Shown here in pieces: positions 41,669 through 54,229 of a DNA stretch of 64,000 nucleotides. The DNA is from Octopus sinensis (lineage: Eukaryota), in the NCBI RefSeq assembly GCF_006345805.1, contig NC_043002.1:39246001-39310000 (forward strand). The letters are read 5' to 3'. The notes under the pieces are model-generated. The model saw only the letters and a program-made list of their open reading frames with translations, did not search any database and was not told the DNA's origin. A program made the position numbers and the translations under genes. The stretch's first letter is position 1; each line of letters starts with the position of its first letter.

Positions 41669-41814
41669 GTCTAATACACAGGAAGTAATCAGCTGGTTAA
41701 ATAGAATCAATAATAAGGATAGACATAGTTTTATCCAGGTTGATATAAATGATTACTACTCTTCAATAAACCCCATAGCACTATATAGTGTCCTTATATT
41801 TGCTAAGCGTCATA

Positions 41815-42350
41815 CTAACTTGTCTCGCCAGGAAATTAATAATATACTTACAGCTCGTAAATCATTAATCAAATTTGACAATAAATACTGGGCTAGGAAG
41901 GACACATCTGATTGCTTCGACATTGCTATGGGCTCAACTGATTCAGCACAAGTCACCGATATAGTAGGAACATATATACTGCATAAGTTTAATAGTAAAT
42001 TCCCAGAAATAGGTGGCAGCCTATATCAGTGATGCATTATTTATTACTAAAACTAATAATAATACTTGTGTCTGGGGGGAGTCGTTCTCTTTTAATGCCT
42101 TATTACTCACTAGTAAAGTTTCCACTCATTTATTTATTTTTCCTAAAATTTCCGTTGTGTCTTGCAACCTTTTCAATAGTTGTTACAACAAAATATGCTT
42201 CAACACACGAACTCACATAAAGAATTTTGAAAACCCAATCCAAAAACGAAATAATAGAAAATTAGAAAATAATTTTTAAAATTTCATAGGTTGTCTTAAA
42301 ATTTCTGTTGAAAATGAGCATAGCTTAGTAAACTTCCTAGATGTTAATCT
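41815..42350 (+). pseudogene. Penelope-like RT fragment
   Basis: ILTARKSLIKFDNKYW...FDIAMGSTDSAQVTDIVGTYIL, LVNFLDVNL. Confidence 0.9.
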
Positions 42351-42353
42351 TAA

Positions 42354-43833
42354 TCCATTATGTCCTCCTGTCCTATATATATATATAGGTCAGTAAATAA
42401 TATTAAGTGTATCAGATATATTTGTAATGCATTGAGAAAATGAGAAACCTGAGAAAATTTACAGGAAAAATGGCAGAAATAATGTATGGTCGGTGACCTA
42501 CAAATAATAACTCAAAGCGTTAAGTTGAATCGTTATGTTCATTTGACACAGAAACTCAGTTTATAAAGAGTTATTTTACAATACTTAGGATATAGTTTGT
42601 TCACAAATACCATTTTATGCATATAACTGAATGTTACTGTCCTATATATATGACGCTGGGTCAATGTGTACATAACTGAACTGGTCTGTGCATCTGTTTC
42701 ATGTCTGAGACGTGTATCAACATGTACATTGCTTTGACGCATTCCGATGTGATTGGAAAATATTGATGGCACAGACAAAAGTGACTAATACTTTCAGTAG
42801 TGTTTCAGGGTGAAGACTGAAGGCAGTGCAGATAAATATCTTATCAAGGTAATTAGTCTCGTTTTATAGGAGTGTTGTGCATTTTATATTTACTGACACA
42901 GTCCATGAAGTATGTTAGGTGTACTCATCAAATGTATTATTCTTTACCAATTAAATCTTCTGAGTCATTTTAAATACTGTAATGATTCTTATAATTATTG
43001 AACACTTAATTTTTTTTATCCCCATGTTGAAAAAGCTTTGACCATGGATGAAGTTAGGAATTTGCTAGATGAACTGTCAGACAAAGAAACTGTATTTGAA
43101 TCAACAGATTTAGTTGTTATTCCCCCTGATGTGCATTAGATCACAGATGAAGATGAAGCTAATGATGATGAAACTGGTGAGGTTTTGATCAATGATGCTC
43201 TACAACCACTTGAATTGCATCTTACAAAAAAAACAAATTGAAAATGAAAAGTTTTGGGAGTTTAGTTTTTCTCAAGAAAAGGCTTATAAGACGATAAAAA
43301 AAAAGGAAATCATGTAGTTCAGAACTGGTCTGGAGAAAAAAGCAGCCTGAGTATATAAATTATTCTAACAGAACTGATAATTATGATATGAGCTTCAGAA
43401 AAATGAGACGCTTTGCAATATTATGGTCCACTTGAAATATTTGAAACAATAATCACTCCAGAAACATATGCCCACATCATAAAGGAAAGTGTGCGGTATT
43501 CTACAACAAGTAAAATTAATACTGACACGCAATCAGTAGACAAACACAAGGCATTTATTGGCATTCTCATGTTGTCCAGTTACCACAAGTTGCCATCCAC
43601 TAGACAATACTGGTCAAATGAAGAGGATTTGGGTGTGTCTCTGATCAAAAAAGCTATAACAAGGAATCGTTTTCAGAAACTGAAAAGCATAATTCATTTT
43701 TGTATTGATGAGAACTGGGAGGAAAATAAAACTGATAAAGGTTTCAAAGTTCACTTTCTAATTGAAATGATCCAAAACTCTTTCAAAAAATAAGAAATTT
43801 TTGAAAAAGATCTTTCGGTTGATGACATGATAA
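42354..43833 (+). pseudogene. Truncated piggyBac-family element (putative left end to first catalytic Asp)
   Basis: Acidic N-terminus, AFIGILMLSSYHKLPSTRQYWS, RNRFQKLKSIIHF, LSVDDMII; putative start at TTAA 42350-42353 is less certain. Confidence 0.8.
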
Positions 43834-44280
43834 TCAAGACAATGTTCATAGACCTGGAGGGTAAACTGGTCATCCTAGATGTCAATGGCAGCAATGGATG
43901 CACTTTTCATCTCATATCAGTCTAGGCACCGCCTTTAACAAATCCACCAGATTTCTATCGTTCCTAGGAAGGTCTCATCCTTTACTTTTAGTGGAGGATT
44001 GGAATGCTACCTTGGACACACATTTAGACTACGTGGGCAGATATAGGAATATACGGGGATGCAAATGCCTAGGAGACCTACTCAGACGCTTTCGGCTGTC
44101 TCACAGGTGTACTAACTCGACCACCCGAATGCATTGACATTTCTGTGATACATGATCCCTATTGATCGTCCCCACTTTTTTTTTCCTTTTCTTCCCAAAA
44201 AGAATAGCTCTACTTTGTATTTTGTCCCTTCTGTGTTCAACCCTGCGTGGCCGATAAAGAAATCTATATATATATATATA
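43834..44280 (+). mobile_element. L1/Tx1-like APE endonuclease fragment joined to a 3' end with (TA)n tail
   Basis: KTMFIDLEGKLVILDV...LISV*APP...LLLVEDWNATLD; 3' aaccctgcgtggccgataaagaaat. Confidence 0.8.
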
Positions 44281-44309
44281 CCTACCTGCCTATCTATCTA
44301 TCTATCGAC

Positions 44310-47300
44310 TGACGTGATATCGTATTGGCTCCGCAGGTAATCCCTTTTTGCGAGCTTTTATTGCACACATTTTGTTCCAGTTTTCGCACACAAGGTACGT
44401 AAAGCATCCAGCTTTCCTTTGAGTGTTTTCAAGGGAGGAATTGACCCCCAGGGGCAGTTTCAAGCTTATTTACATTTCTCTTTTCTTCGATTTCCTTGCT
44501 CTCTACCCTGATGCAGTTGGGAGATTTCAAAAATATTTGTCCAAAAAACTGTATAAAAACCTTTTGGGAGAAGACTGTAAGTTGAAGAACAAAGAACTTT
44601 TGGACAGTAAGTGACTCTCTCTCTCTCTCTCGCTCTCTTTCTTTTTCATCTTCTTTCATGTGTAAAACACAACTTTCAATAGGAACATGCTCAAAATAGG
44701 TAGTATAAATGTACGTGGCTTGAGGTCGCCTTGGAAACAAGGCTACCTGTTAAACGACATCAAGTCACAAAATCCGCATATCATAGCTATCAGTGAGACC
44801 AGACTCCACAGCCATGAAGTCATCGGTGAAAAGGTCACTGGTCTCCTTGACAACGCTTACGATGTTGATTCCCCTATACTGCCTTCACCACAATTTCATG
44901 AAGGAGCGGAGAAGGGGAAGAGCAACACAGGCACAAGTGTGAGCATGAACGCTAACACTGCCACCGCCAAACAAAAACTTGTAAACAACCAGACGACAGC
45001 TTCACAGTCATCTACTACTACAAACAACTCTGCCACAAACATCACCACCAACACCACCACCACCACCTCCACAAAAAACAAGACAAATTTCGCGGAAGCA
45101 ATAAGACCAAAAAGGAGAATTTTAAAATTCACTGCTCAACAAATACAAGACACAAAATCTTTACTCATCAAAGAAGGCGACACAATACACCTAAACATTC
45201 CACATAACATTTTGGAAGAAGCACAAAAGAAGACGATCATCTATAAAATCCTAAACACAAAAATAAAGAGACCAGAAAGCCCAGCTACAGAAAAGATTGA
45301 GAAGTGCCTTGCTTCTGTTTGGCACTTTCAAAATTATGTGAATTGGTGGTATAAATTTACTACCGTGCAAGTTCGCTTCCATACGGAAGAATTAGCAAAG
45401 AAGTTTTCGACGCTTACTCTGCACACAGACCAGGTAACAATGGTACCTAGCTATCTTGGGTGCAGAGTAACGAAAATAATTAAAAAATGTGCCTCCAGAA
45501 GTGGATACCCAGTGGTTGGTATCGGCTATCTGCTTCAATATAGAAGAAGCAGATATTTTAGAAATCGTCGACATTCCAGAGAAAAGCTGGACTGGTAAAA
45601 AGCTTGAAATATTGCTTCAAATCCAATCAAGAAGTAATAAATAATTTACCAACCAGTGTTCAACTAACAAACGACCACAAATTTTATGTAGTGGTGAAGG
45701 GCAGGAGGCCAAGATGTTATTTGCGCAACAGTGAGGCACACTTCAGATATGATTGCAAAACTGCTGCCAGAAATAGGCAACAGCAACCACGCCCAAAACC
45801 TGGAAGAAAACCCCTGCTACCCATACCACCTTCAACGCAAAAGACAAGAAAAACAGCAGACGATGCAAAAACTGTTTCCCCCTCACCAATCACATCACCA
45901 AGAAGAGAAACAACACCATCACTATTACCTTCGACATCGCAACCAACTACAGAAACAACATCACCACCAACATCAAAAGACAAACCAACACCAACAACAA
46001 CAACCAAGAAAACAAATAACAATGACGCAAAGACAAATTCTGCCCCTAATACCCCAACAACACACACCACACAAAACAACAACACTTTCTACAAACACAC
46101 ATATAGAAGTAAATGCAAGTAAAGCAGGGAGATATTTAACTCCTGACAGCACCCTCTTAGACAATCAAAACATCAATGACCCCGCAAAACCACATACACA
46201 TCTAACAGCAATAGACATGGACAATAAAAAACTAATGGAATACATTACATCCAACACAAATATCTGTGAAGATGACTTTAAAGTAAATAGTACACATCAC
46301 ACAAACACAGCACCACACACCCAAAACCATCTTTCCAAATGCGGTCGGGGGGTTTCAAAAGTACTTGTCTAAAAAACTTTACAAACACCTCCTCAAAGAC
46401 ATTTCAAAAGAGGCGGAAACTACTCAAACTTTCGAAGTGAGTAACCTTCCCTCTCATCTATTTCACTGTTGTGTGTGAAACACAAATTTTCGACCATCAA
46501 TTATGCTTAAATTATGTTGTGTGAATGTGCGTGGCTTGGCGTCAGCTTGGAAGTAAGGTTATCTTCTAAATGACATCAAGTCACTGAACGTTGATATAGT
46601 AGCAATCAGTAAAATCAGACTCAGTAACCCGTGGGACTTCGCGTCCATGTTTGGCAATCAATTCGACATTTATTTTTCTCCCTGTCTGCCAAACATGGGT
46701 GGTGGTACTGCGCTGCTTTTTCAAAAGAGTCTAAACATAAAAGTAAGATCAATATTCCAAGACCCAGAAGGTAAGCTAGTTGTCTTGGACATGGATGGCA
46801 GAAATAAAATTCACCGCACAAGAAATAAACAACACAAAGGCACTTCTCACCAAAGAATGCATTTCTACATTCCACAATACATCGTAGAAAACACACAAAA
46901 AAAGACAATAATATACAAAGTTATCAACAAGAAGACAAGACAACCAGAAAGTGCACCGCAGCAAAAACTCAAAAAATGCCTTCGCCCTGTTTGGGATTCA
47001 AAGGAATACGTTAGTTGGTGGCATAAATTTGACACAGCCCAAGTACATGTTCACAATGAAAATCTAGCGAAACGATTTTCCACATTTGATCCGCATACAG
47101 ATGACTTGGTGATGATACCAACTTATTTAGGCCAGAGGGTGACAAAAGTCACAATAACAAATGTACCACCTGAAGTAGAAATACAATTGTTAGTCTCTGC
47201 CATCTGCTTTGAAATGGCAGACAAACATTCTTGAAATCGCTGTTCTAGAACAGCAAAACTGGGTGAGAAAATCAATTCAATTACTCCTTCAATTCGATGA

Positions 47301-49990
47301 AACAACAGCAGAAAAGATACCCAACACTATAGAACTGCCAGAAGGCTACAAACTCTATGCAGTGGTAGAGGGCAGGCGACCACGTTGCTATCTGTGCGGA
47401 AGCGAAACACATTTGAAAAAGAAGTATCCAACCACAACACAACAAGAGCAACAACAACAACCACTACCACAACACTCCAAGGAAAAAGCACTACTACCCA
47501 CACCACCATCAACACAGAAGACGACAAGAGAAGCACACCAACAAATCCATCAACAACCAAAAATTATACAACACCTGAGAGAATACCAACAACAGCGAGA
47601 ACTAAAGGAACAGAAAAACAAAAAAATATACAAAAACTGATTCCCCATCCCCTATACCACACACCACACACAAACACTCAACAACCAACAGCAACGAAAA
47701 CAAAAACACAACCACTTACACAGACATACATAGAAGCCTACAACATACCCCTACCCACTTCTGATTCCTCAGAAATTTCGTCGGAAGATGAAACCAGTGA
47801 GGAATGGCAAATAGCCAAAAAAGGAAGGGAAAAAAAAAGCAGAAAAATAACCAAACCAAATGAAAAACACAAACAAAGCAGGGAGATATACATCTCCCAA
47901 ATACATTTCGAAAGCCACCACAAACAACAGCAACACCAACACTACAAAAATATATACAGCAAACATGCTCACAGCTATAGACACCAAAAAAACAAATTTG
48001 ATGGAATACATCAAATCAAAACAAACATAACAGAAGATGACAAAAACAAACAATCACCTATACACAACACCACTGGATCACATCAAAATACTACATATCT
48101 CCAGAAGTCTGCACCACACACTAAAAGGCATTTTCCCCAGTGCGGTTGGTAAATGCCAAAAATACTTCATGAAGAAACTTTACTGGGATCTCGAGGACAA
48201 ACCAAAGGAGGAGAAAGTAAAAACTTTTGAGCAGTAAGTAACCCTCTGTTCCTTTCGCTTGTATTTTAATTCACTAGGATTATGATCAAACTTGATTCTG
48301 TAAATGCGCGTGGCTTGGGGTCACCTTGGAAACAAGGGGACTTGTTAAATGACAAAGTCACACAAGTTAGAAATCATAGCCATAAGTGAGACCAGACTCC
48401 ACAAGACCATGTTTGGCGGACAGTTTAACATTTATTTTTCTCCCTGTCTGCCAAGAATGGGCAGTAGTGGCACCACGGTACTTTTTTGCAAGAGTCTGGA
48501 TCTCAAAGTAAAGACAATATTCATAGATCGGGACGGTAGACTGGGCGTCCTGGATGTCGACGGCAGCAATGGGTGCGCTTTTTGACTTGTATCAGTCTAC
48601 GCACCGCCTTTAACAGGTCGGGTGGATTTCTTTCGACGTCTAGAAGTATTCCTGGGAACGTCTTGCCCTTTACTCTTAGTGGGGGATGAGCAGTATTCTG
48701 CGATTTTTTCTGAGAAGGATTTTCCTACTTTGGGAAAGACAGAAGAAAGAATTGCCATAAAAGACAACAAAGACGCTACTACAAAAAATGATAAGCCTGT
48801 TATCAACACCACCACCAACATCATCAAAACTACCACATCTAACAATACAATATCAAGTATGGCTATGCGAAACCAGGAAACCGACTTCCTGCCTCTACCA
48901 ATGCCAGAGGTGAAGGAAGCTGAAAACAAAGCCGTTCCGTGTGAACGCACACAGCCCTTAGAAAGCACTTCAGCTACTACTGTTTCTGCCACTAGCACTA
49001 CCTCTGCTACCACCACCACCACTGCCATCACCACCACAATCAACACAAATGCCGAAAAAAATTTTGCTGCAGCTTTAAAGCTGAAAAATTTTTAAGGCCT
49101 GTATGGGCCTTTAAAGACTACATCACGAGGGGAAACAGATTTGCCACGATCGGTTTGACTTCACAGTGAAGGACCTCTCCACAATGTCCTTCCAATTTGA
49201 AAATTTACTGATGATCCCTACATACTTTGGTCGTAGAGTCACAAAAATTAAAATAAAGAATGTGCCTCCTGAAATAGAAATAAAATGGCTCAAGTTCATC
49301 ATTTGCTATGACATCGAGGACGAAATCCATAACTTGGAAATCGCTGTCGTGGACCAGCAAAACTGGATTGGCCAAGAAATCAAAATTCTTGCTCAAATTA
49401 ATCCAATGATTTTCAAAAAAATTCCACATCAAATCCAATTGAGAGAGGATTCAAGTTTACATGTGGCCATCAAAGGCAGAAAGATACGTTGCTACGTTTG
49501 TGGCAGCAAAGCACACTTAAAATTACATGCCCACTAGCACAGAAACAACAACGACAATAAGATCATGAAATACAACAACCACAGGTAAACCAAAAACCTG
49601 TGCAAAAAAAAAACAGTAATGCTACCCACACTACCATAAGCACAACTAATTAAACAGCTCTACAAACAAATGAAGGAAAATCAGCAACCAAGATGTCAGC
49701 CAAACCAAACAACACCACCAAGAACAGAAACACCACCAACAATAACTTCAAAGGAGAAAGAGAAAACTAAAAAGATTCATACTCCACCCACCAACACCAA
49801 CAACAAGGTCAACACATTTAGAAATAGACCCCAATACACTTCCCCTCCTATCTTCTGATTCCTCTGACATGTCATCAGATGAAGAAGACACAGAGGATTG
49901 GCAAGTAGCCACAGGGGAAAAAAAAGAATTGAGAAGCAGACAAATAAAGCAGGGAAGTTTACCACTCCGGAAACCATAACAGCTGCAGAA
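44310..49990 (+). mobile_element. Head-to-tail array of L1/Tx1-like [ORF1 + ORF2 endonuclease stub] units: one ORF1 tail plus three ORF1 bodies; no RT
   Basis: EN starts at 44687 (MLKIGSINVRGL..ISETRL), 46503, 48282; ORF1 bodies with YLG.RVTK..I.NVPPE and CCHC-type knuckles (RCYLCGSETH, RCYVCGSKAH), T/P-rich linker. Confidence 0.9.
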
Positions 49991-51173
49991 AACTAGCTGC
50001 ATCTATCCCCTTTACAGAATATCTTCTTTTTAAAGGCTTAGAAGATGAAGTGGGAAGGTTATATATCTTTAGAGCAGAGATCTTAACCAAAGTCTAGCAG
50101 CAATGTATTAAAGGCACAGGACATAAAAACAAGCATATGTAGCTGAAACATCTGATGTATTAAACTATTTAGAACTGCCAACAGTTTTGCATTATGTTAC
50201 AAAAAAGTATGTTGCTAAAGAACAATTAAACAGCTTTAACTATGTTAGTGCAGACCATTCAGCAAATGCTTTAACAGAACATGCTTTTAAATGCATTGAA
50301 ACAAGAAAGTGTGAAAATAAATTCATCTGCATAAACAAACCAATAACAATGCTGATCCATGGTAGTACAATTAAGTGGGTTACAGTTAGAGATAAGACAG
50401 AAATGTGAATCTGTGGTCTTTGTTCTTTAGTTAAGCCCTACAGAATTTAGTTCTTTCACAAAGATGCTCTGCTGCTAAAACAAAAAAAAAAACCTGCAAG
50501 ATACTTTTTGAGTACATTTTAACAAAATCACCCAAAAAAATGCCAATGCATTAGGAAATATTATTAAAAGAAAATTCCCAAAGCAGTAGCAGCAACTAGA
50601 TGGAATTATTTGTCTCATTATCAATACAAAATAAAATTGTGATTTCCTAATCAACATCTGTGAATACATCATTGAAAATTCTGAATCACAAGAAGAGACA
50701 CGTATCAATTCTGCAACTGGATTCCATCATAATCAAATAGATCCGAATTTCTCATTTTTATTTTAAGTATCAAACGATATATTTTCTTTCACTGATAGCT
50801 TATTTAATATCCTTCAGGCTAAAAGTCTTGACAGAGTCTATTGTAAAGAGCAAATAGATAAAACAAGAACTATGTTTGTAAAAAAAACTGGAGGGAAACC
50901 ATGATAAAAGTGCAGATAAATCTATTGACACACAAGAAGCTTTTGTACCGACTTGACCAGTTCCTGAGAACTGCTCCTAAACCGCTACAAAGAACAATAT
51001 CATTCCTTTCATACAAGAATGGGGAAAAAGATTTGTACACTACTTTATTCTTTTACATAAGAACTTTTGAACTGTATTATATCTCTAATAACTGTATTAA
51101 ATACATAAGAACTTTTGAATTGTAACACTTGCATAATAACTTGCCAAATATGACTAGGAACTTTTGATTGTAT

Positions 51174-52480
51174 TTATACACTTAACAGTAAATCATCAGC
51201 ATGCAACACTATATGTTCTTTCATTACACATATCAAAGTGTTGAAGTCACCTAGCAATACTAACGTGTTCGATGTGCCAAGAAAATTCTCTAGGCTTTTG
51301 AAGTAATCTTTCTGCCCGGCTTTTCCTTCGCAGGGAGCATAGACAGTGACCAGCCTGAACACTTTACCACTGCTGTGTGTCACATTCTCGTAGCTGTTTA
51401 GAAGGGGCAAAAAAGCCTGCAGCCCACTCAGTCTGGATTCAGTAATTACAGCTACATCCAAACGATGCAACCTAAGGTCGTTAAGGAATTAGCCTTGCTT
51501 CCAATACGACCCCAGGTCGCAATATTTATACAACTGAGTTTAAACGAGAATGTGAAAAATTAGTTGAATGTTTAAAACTTACTGTTTTAACGGAAGAGAA
51601 GTTGAATTTACACCTTCCTCTTTTCTGTCTGTGAATGTTGTGTTTTGCGAGGTCATTTTTTTCGCGAATTGCCTGTACAGATGGCTTGAAAAGTTCATCT
51701 GTAATGGGCCGACATCCTCCGCAAAAGATTTTTTTAGTTCAAAATAGTCAGAGTTATCTATAGTATAAAATTCAACATTTTCAGAAATAGTATTATTTAC
51801 ATCTGTTGTGATATATTTTTTCGCCAATTTCATTAAAATAATTTTGTGTCTTAATAGTTTATTATTTTTATTTATCGCCATGAAGGTGTTTCTTTGTTTT
51901 ATGTTAGGCGATTGTGGAGGGGTGTGTGTGTGTGTGCTTGTAGAAGCGCAGGTGTTTGTAGGTGTGTGTGCTTTTTCCAGTGTGTTTTTTTTGGCTACAT
52001 GTGTGTTTCCGACTATTTGTGGGTGTGGGTAGGAGGGAGCAACTTCACATTATCACCTTTTTTTAATAAACTTTGGTACTTCTTTAAATCTTCCTTGTTT
52101 ATAATGATGTTTTCACAGGGGCGAGTTGATGCACTCGCAAAATTTATTTTTGATTTTTCCTGTTGTGTAGTAGCCTCGCTAGACATCTTGTCGTCTGCTT
52201 TTGTAACGCGCGCGTGAGACGCCTCTTTACTTTTATCTTCCTCCTCCCACATATTCGCCTTCATGCCTTCAAACAAATTTTCAAAGTTTTCCTCCGACTC
52301 AGAAGAAATTGGTGGCAAATTCATGTTTTTCGTCACTTCCCCCTTGTTTCAAGGGGGAAATAACAGCAAAACTCTGCTGCAACAGCAGAAGAGAAGTGGT
52401 CTCGACGACCAAAACAGCAAATTTTCACAATTTTTAGCAAAAAAATAATCTTTCACTGCGGAGCAAAGAATAACACGACC
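51174..52480 (-). mobile_element. L1/Tx1-like copy: 5' UTR, deleted ORF1, EN stub
   Basis: INFASA motif, C-terminal FAEDVGPLQMNFSSHLY homologous to + strand copies, EN with VITESRL, LVTVYAP, LLGDFN. Confidence 0.85.
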
Positions 52481-52499
52481 GATCAGAGAGAGAGAGAGT

Positions 52500-53965
52500 G
52501 TGTGATAGCACTTTGCCCGTAGACATTGCTACTGGAAGGTTAACATCAGCAAGTAGAGTGAAAAGACCAACATTATCACTGCCATCATCAACAAAACCAC
52601 CACCACAAGCAGCAACAACCAGGACAACAGCAATGGAAGCAACCACAACACTAATACCATTTTTCTGGAGAAACGGGATAAGTTTTTGACAAGGAAAATG
52701 AAACCATGTCCTCCACTATGAACAGCACCAATAAGAAATTCAATGCTTCTTTCACCCAAGTTTCTCAACAGATGGTGGAGCACTCCTTCAACAGTGATTT
52801 TGGTAAAAATTTCAGGAAATTACTGGTTAAACTTAATCTAACCCATGCTGCCACCATGCAAAAAAGATCAGATCACAGTATTATCAGGTACTTCAGGAGG
52901 CTGTCCAGGATTACAAACAACTGGAGAATGGACAAACCTTTCCAGGACCAGTATTATGAAGCAAATGCACTTTTTTTATTATGGACTTCGGGAGGCTGCC
53001 CAGGATTACAAATGACTGGAAAATGCACAACCTTTTTCAGGACCAGTAAAATTCTTCCAACAATTGCACTTTTTTGATCATGGGCTTCAGGAGGCTGCTC
53101 ACAATTACAAACGACTGGAGAATAGACAAACCTTTCCGGGACCAGTATATTTCCTCCAGTATTATGAAGCAAATGCACTTTTTTTATCATGAACTTTCAG
53201 AAGGCTGCCCACGATTACAAACAACTGTTGAATGGACAAATCTTTCCAGGAGCAGTATATAAACTCCAGTATTATGAAGCAAATGCACTTTTTATCATGG
53301 ACTTCAGGAGGTTGCCCAGGATTATAAACCGGAGAATAGTCAAACCCGTTTTGTAACCAGTATATTTCTTCCAGTATTACAATACAAATGCACTTTTTTG
53401 CAGTTGTCTGCACTTGCATATACAAAGCACTAACAATACCTGTTATGTGAGGGAGAAGATTATCATCCCTGATTTTAAATTAGCCCCTTCCTCAAAAATA
53501 TTTCAAGCACCTATAAAACAGATAACAAATAAGGGAGATGTACAGCTCTTGATGAAGGTGTTCTTCTCAGATAGAACCCTTATCAACTTTTTCAAGTTTC
53601 ACTTAGAAAAGAAAGGTGGAGATAGAGAGGGAAGTGTATACAAGTAGCAAAAGTGGTAAGAGTGGATGGCACCACTCCAACTGCAGACCTATGTGTCAGA
53701 ACACATTCTAGAAAACATACTTGCCTTTGATTATCACAATGGTCTTGGACGCTGGGGTGCATTGATTGGCTCATATCTCATCATTTTTTTTTTCTTTTGA
53801 TGTATACAATGTATACTTCTGTTCTTTTGTTTATAATGTATATCATAAACACTATTTAATTTCATTTTTTTTTCTATCTTATACCATTCATTGTAAATCC
53901 CCATGCTTTATGTCTTTGATTCATCCCCTTTCACCTGTTGCCCTGGTAGCAAATAAAAACAGTGT
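52500..53965 (+). mobile_element. Internally deleted L1/Tx1-like copy (ORF1 start, tandem repeat, ORF2 C-terminus, 3' UTR)
   Basis: Related to 54230-55500; FFKFHLEKK..IEREV-like ORF2 tail; aaataaa end. Confidence 0.7.
52891..53405 (+). repeat. Five tandem ~95-110 bp units inside the L1-like copy
   Basis: Unit cttcaggaggctgcccaggattacaaac..ggacaaacctttccaggaccagta..gcaaatgcactttttt. Confidence 0.9.
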
Positions 53966-54229
53966 TGTCATCATTATTTTTATTATTATGGCCATCAGCC
54001 AGGTAAGCCAAATGACCCCAGAAATTAGCTGTACACTCCACTCATTCTGGACCAGTGTTGAAAATAAAAGAACCTGCTACTGCTGCTGAATTCCCTTTTT
54101 GTTTTCCTCTCTCTAAAGTTCTATTTCTTTGGAACTTAGAGAAATTTATTGCCACATGGAAAAAGTTTTAAATTCTTAATTAATGACAGCAATAATAATG
54201 TTTTGAGAGAGGGGCCATTTGTCAATGAG

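Noticed and set aside
44687-45598. 303-aa ORF as a functional host gene
   Set aside because: It is a chimera of a ~43-aa endonuclease stub and a LINE ORF1 that frameshifts before the zinc knuckle; treated as transposon-derived.
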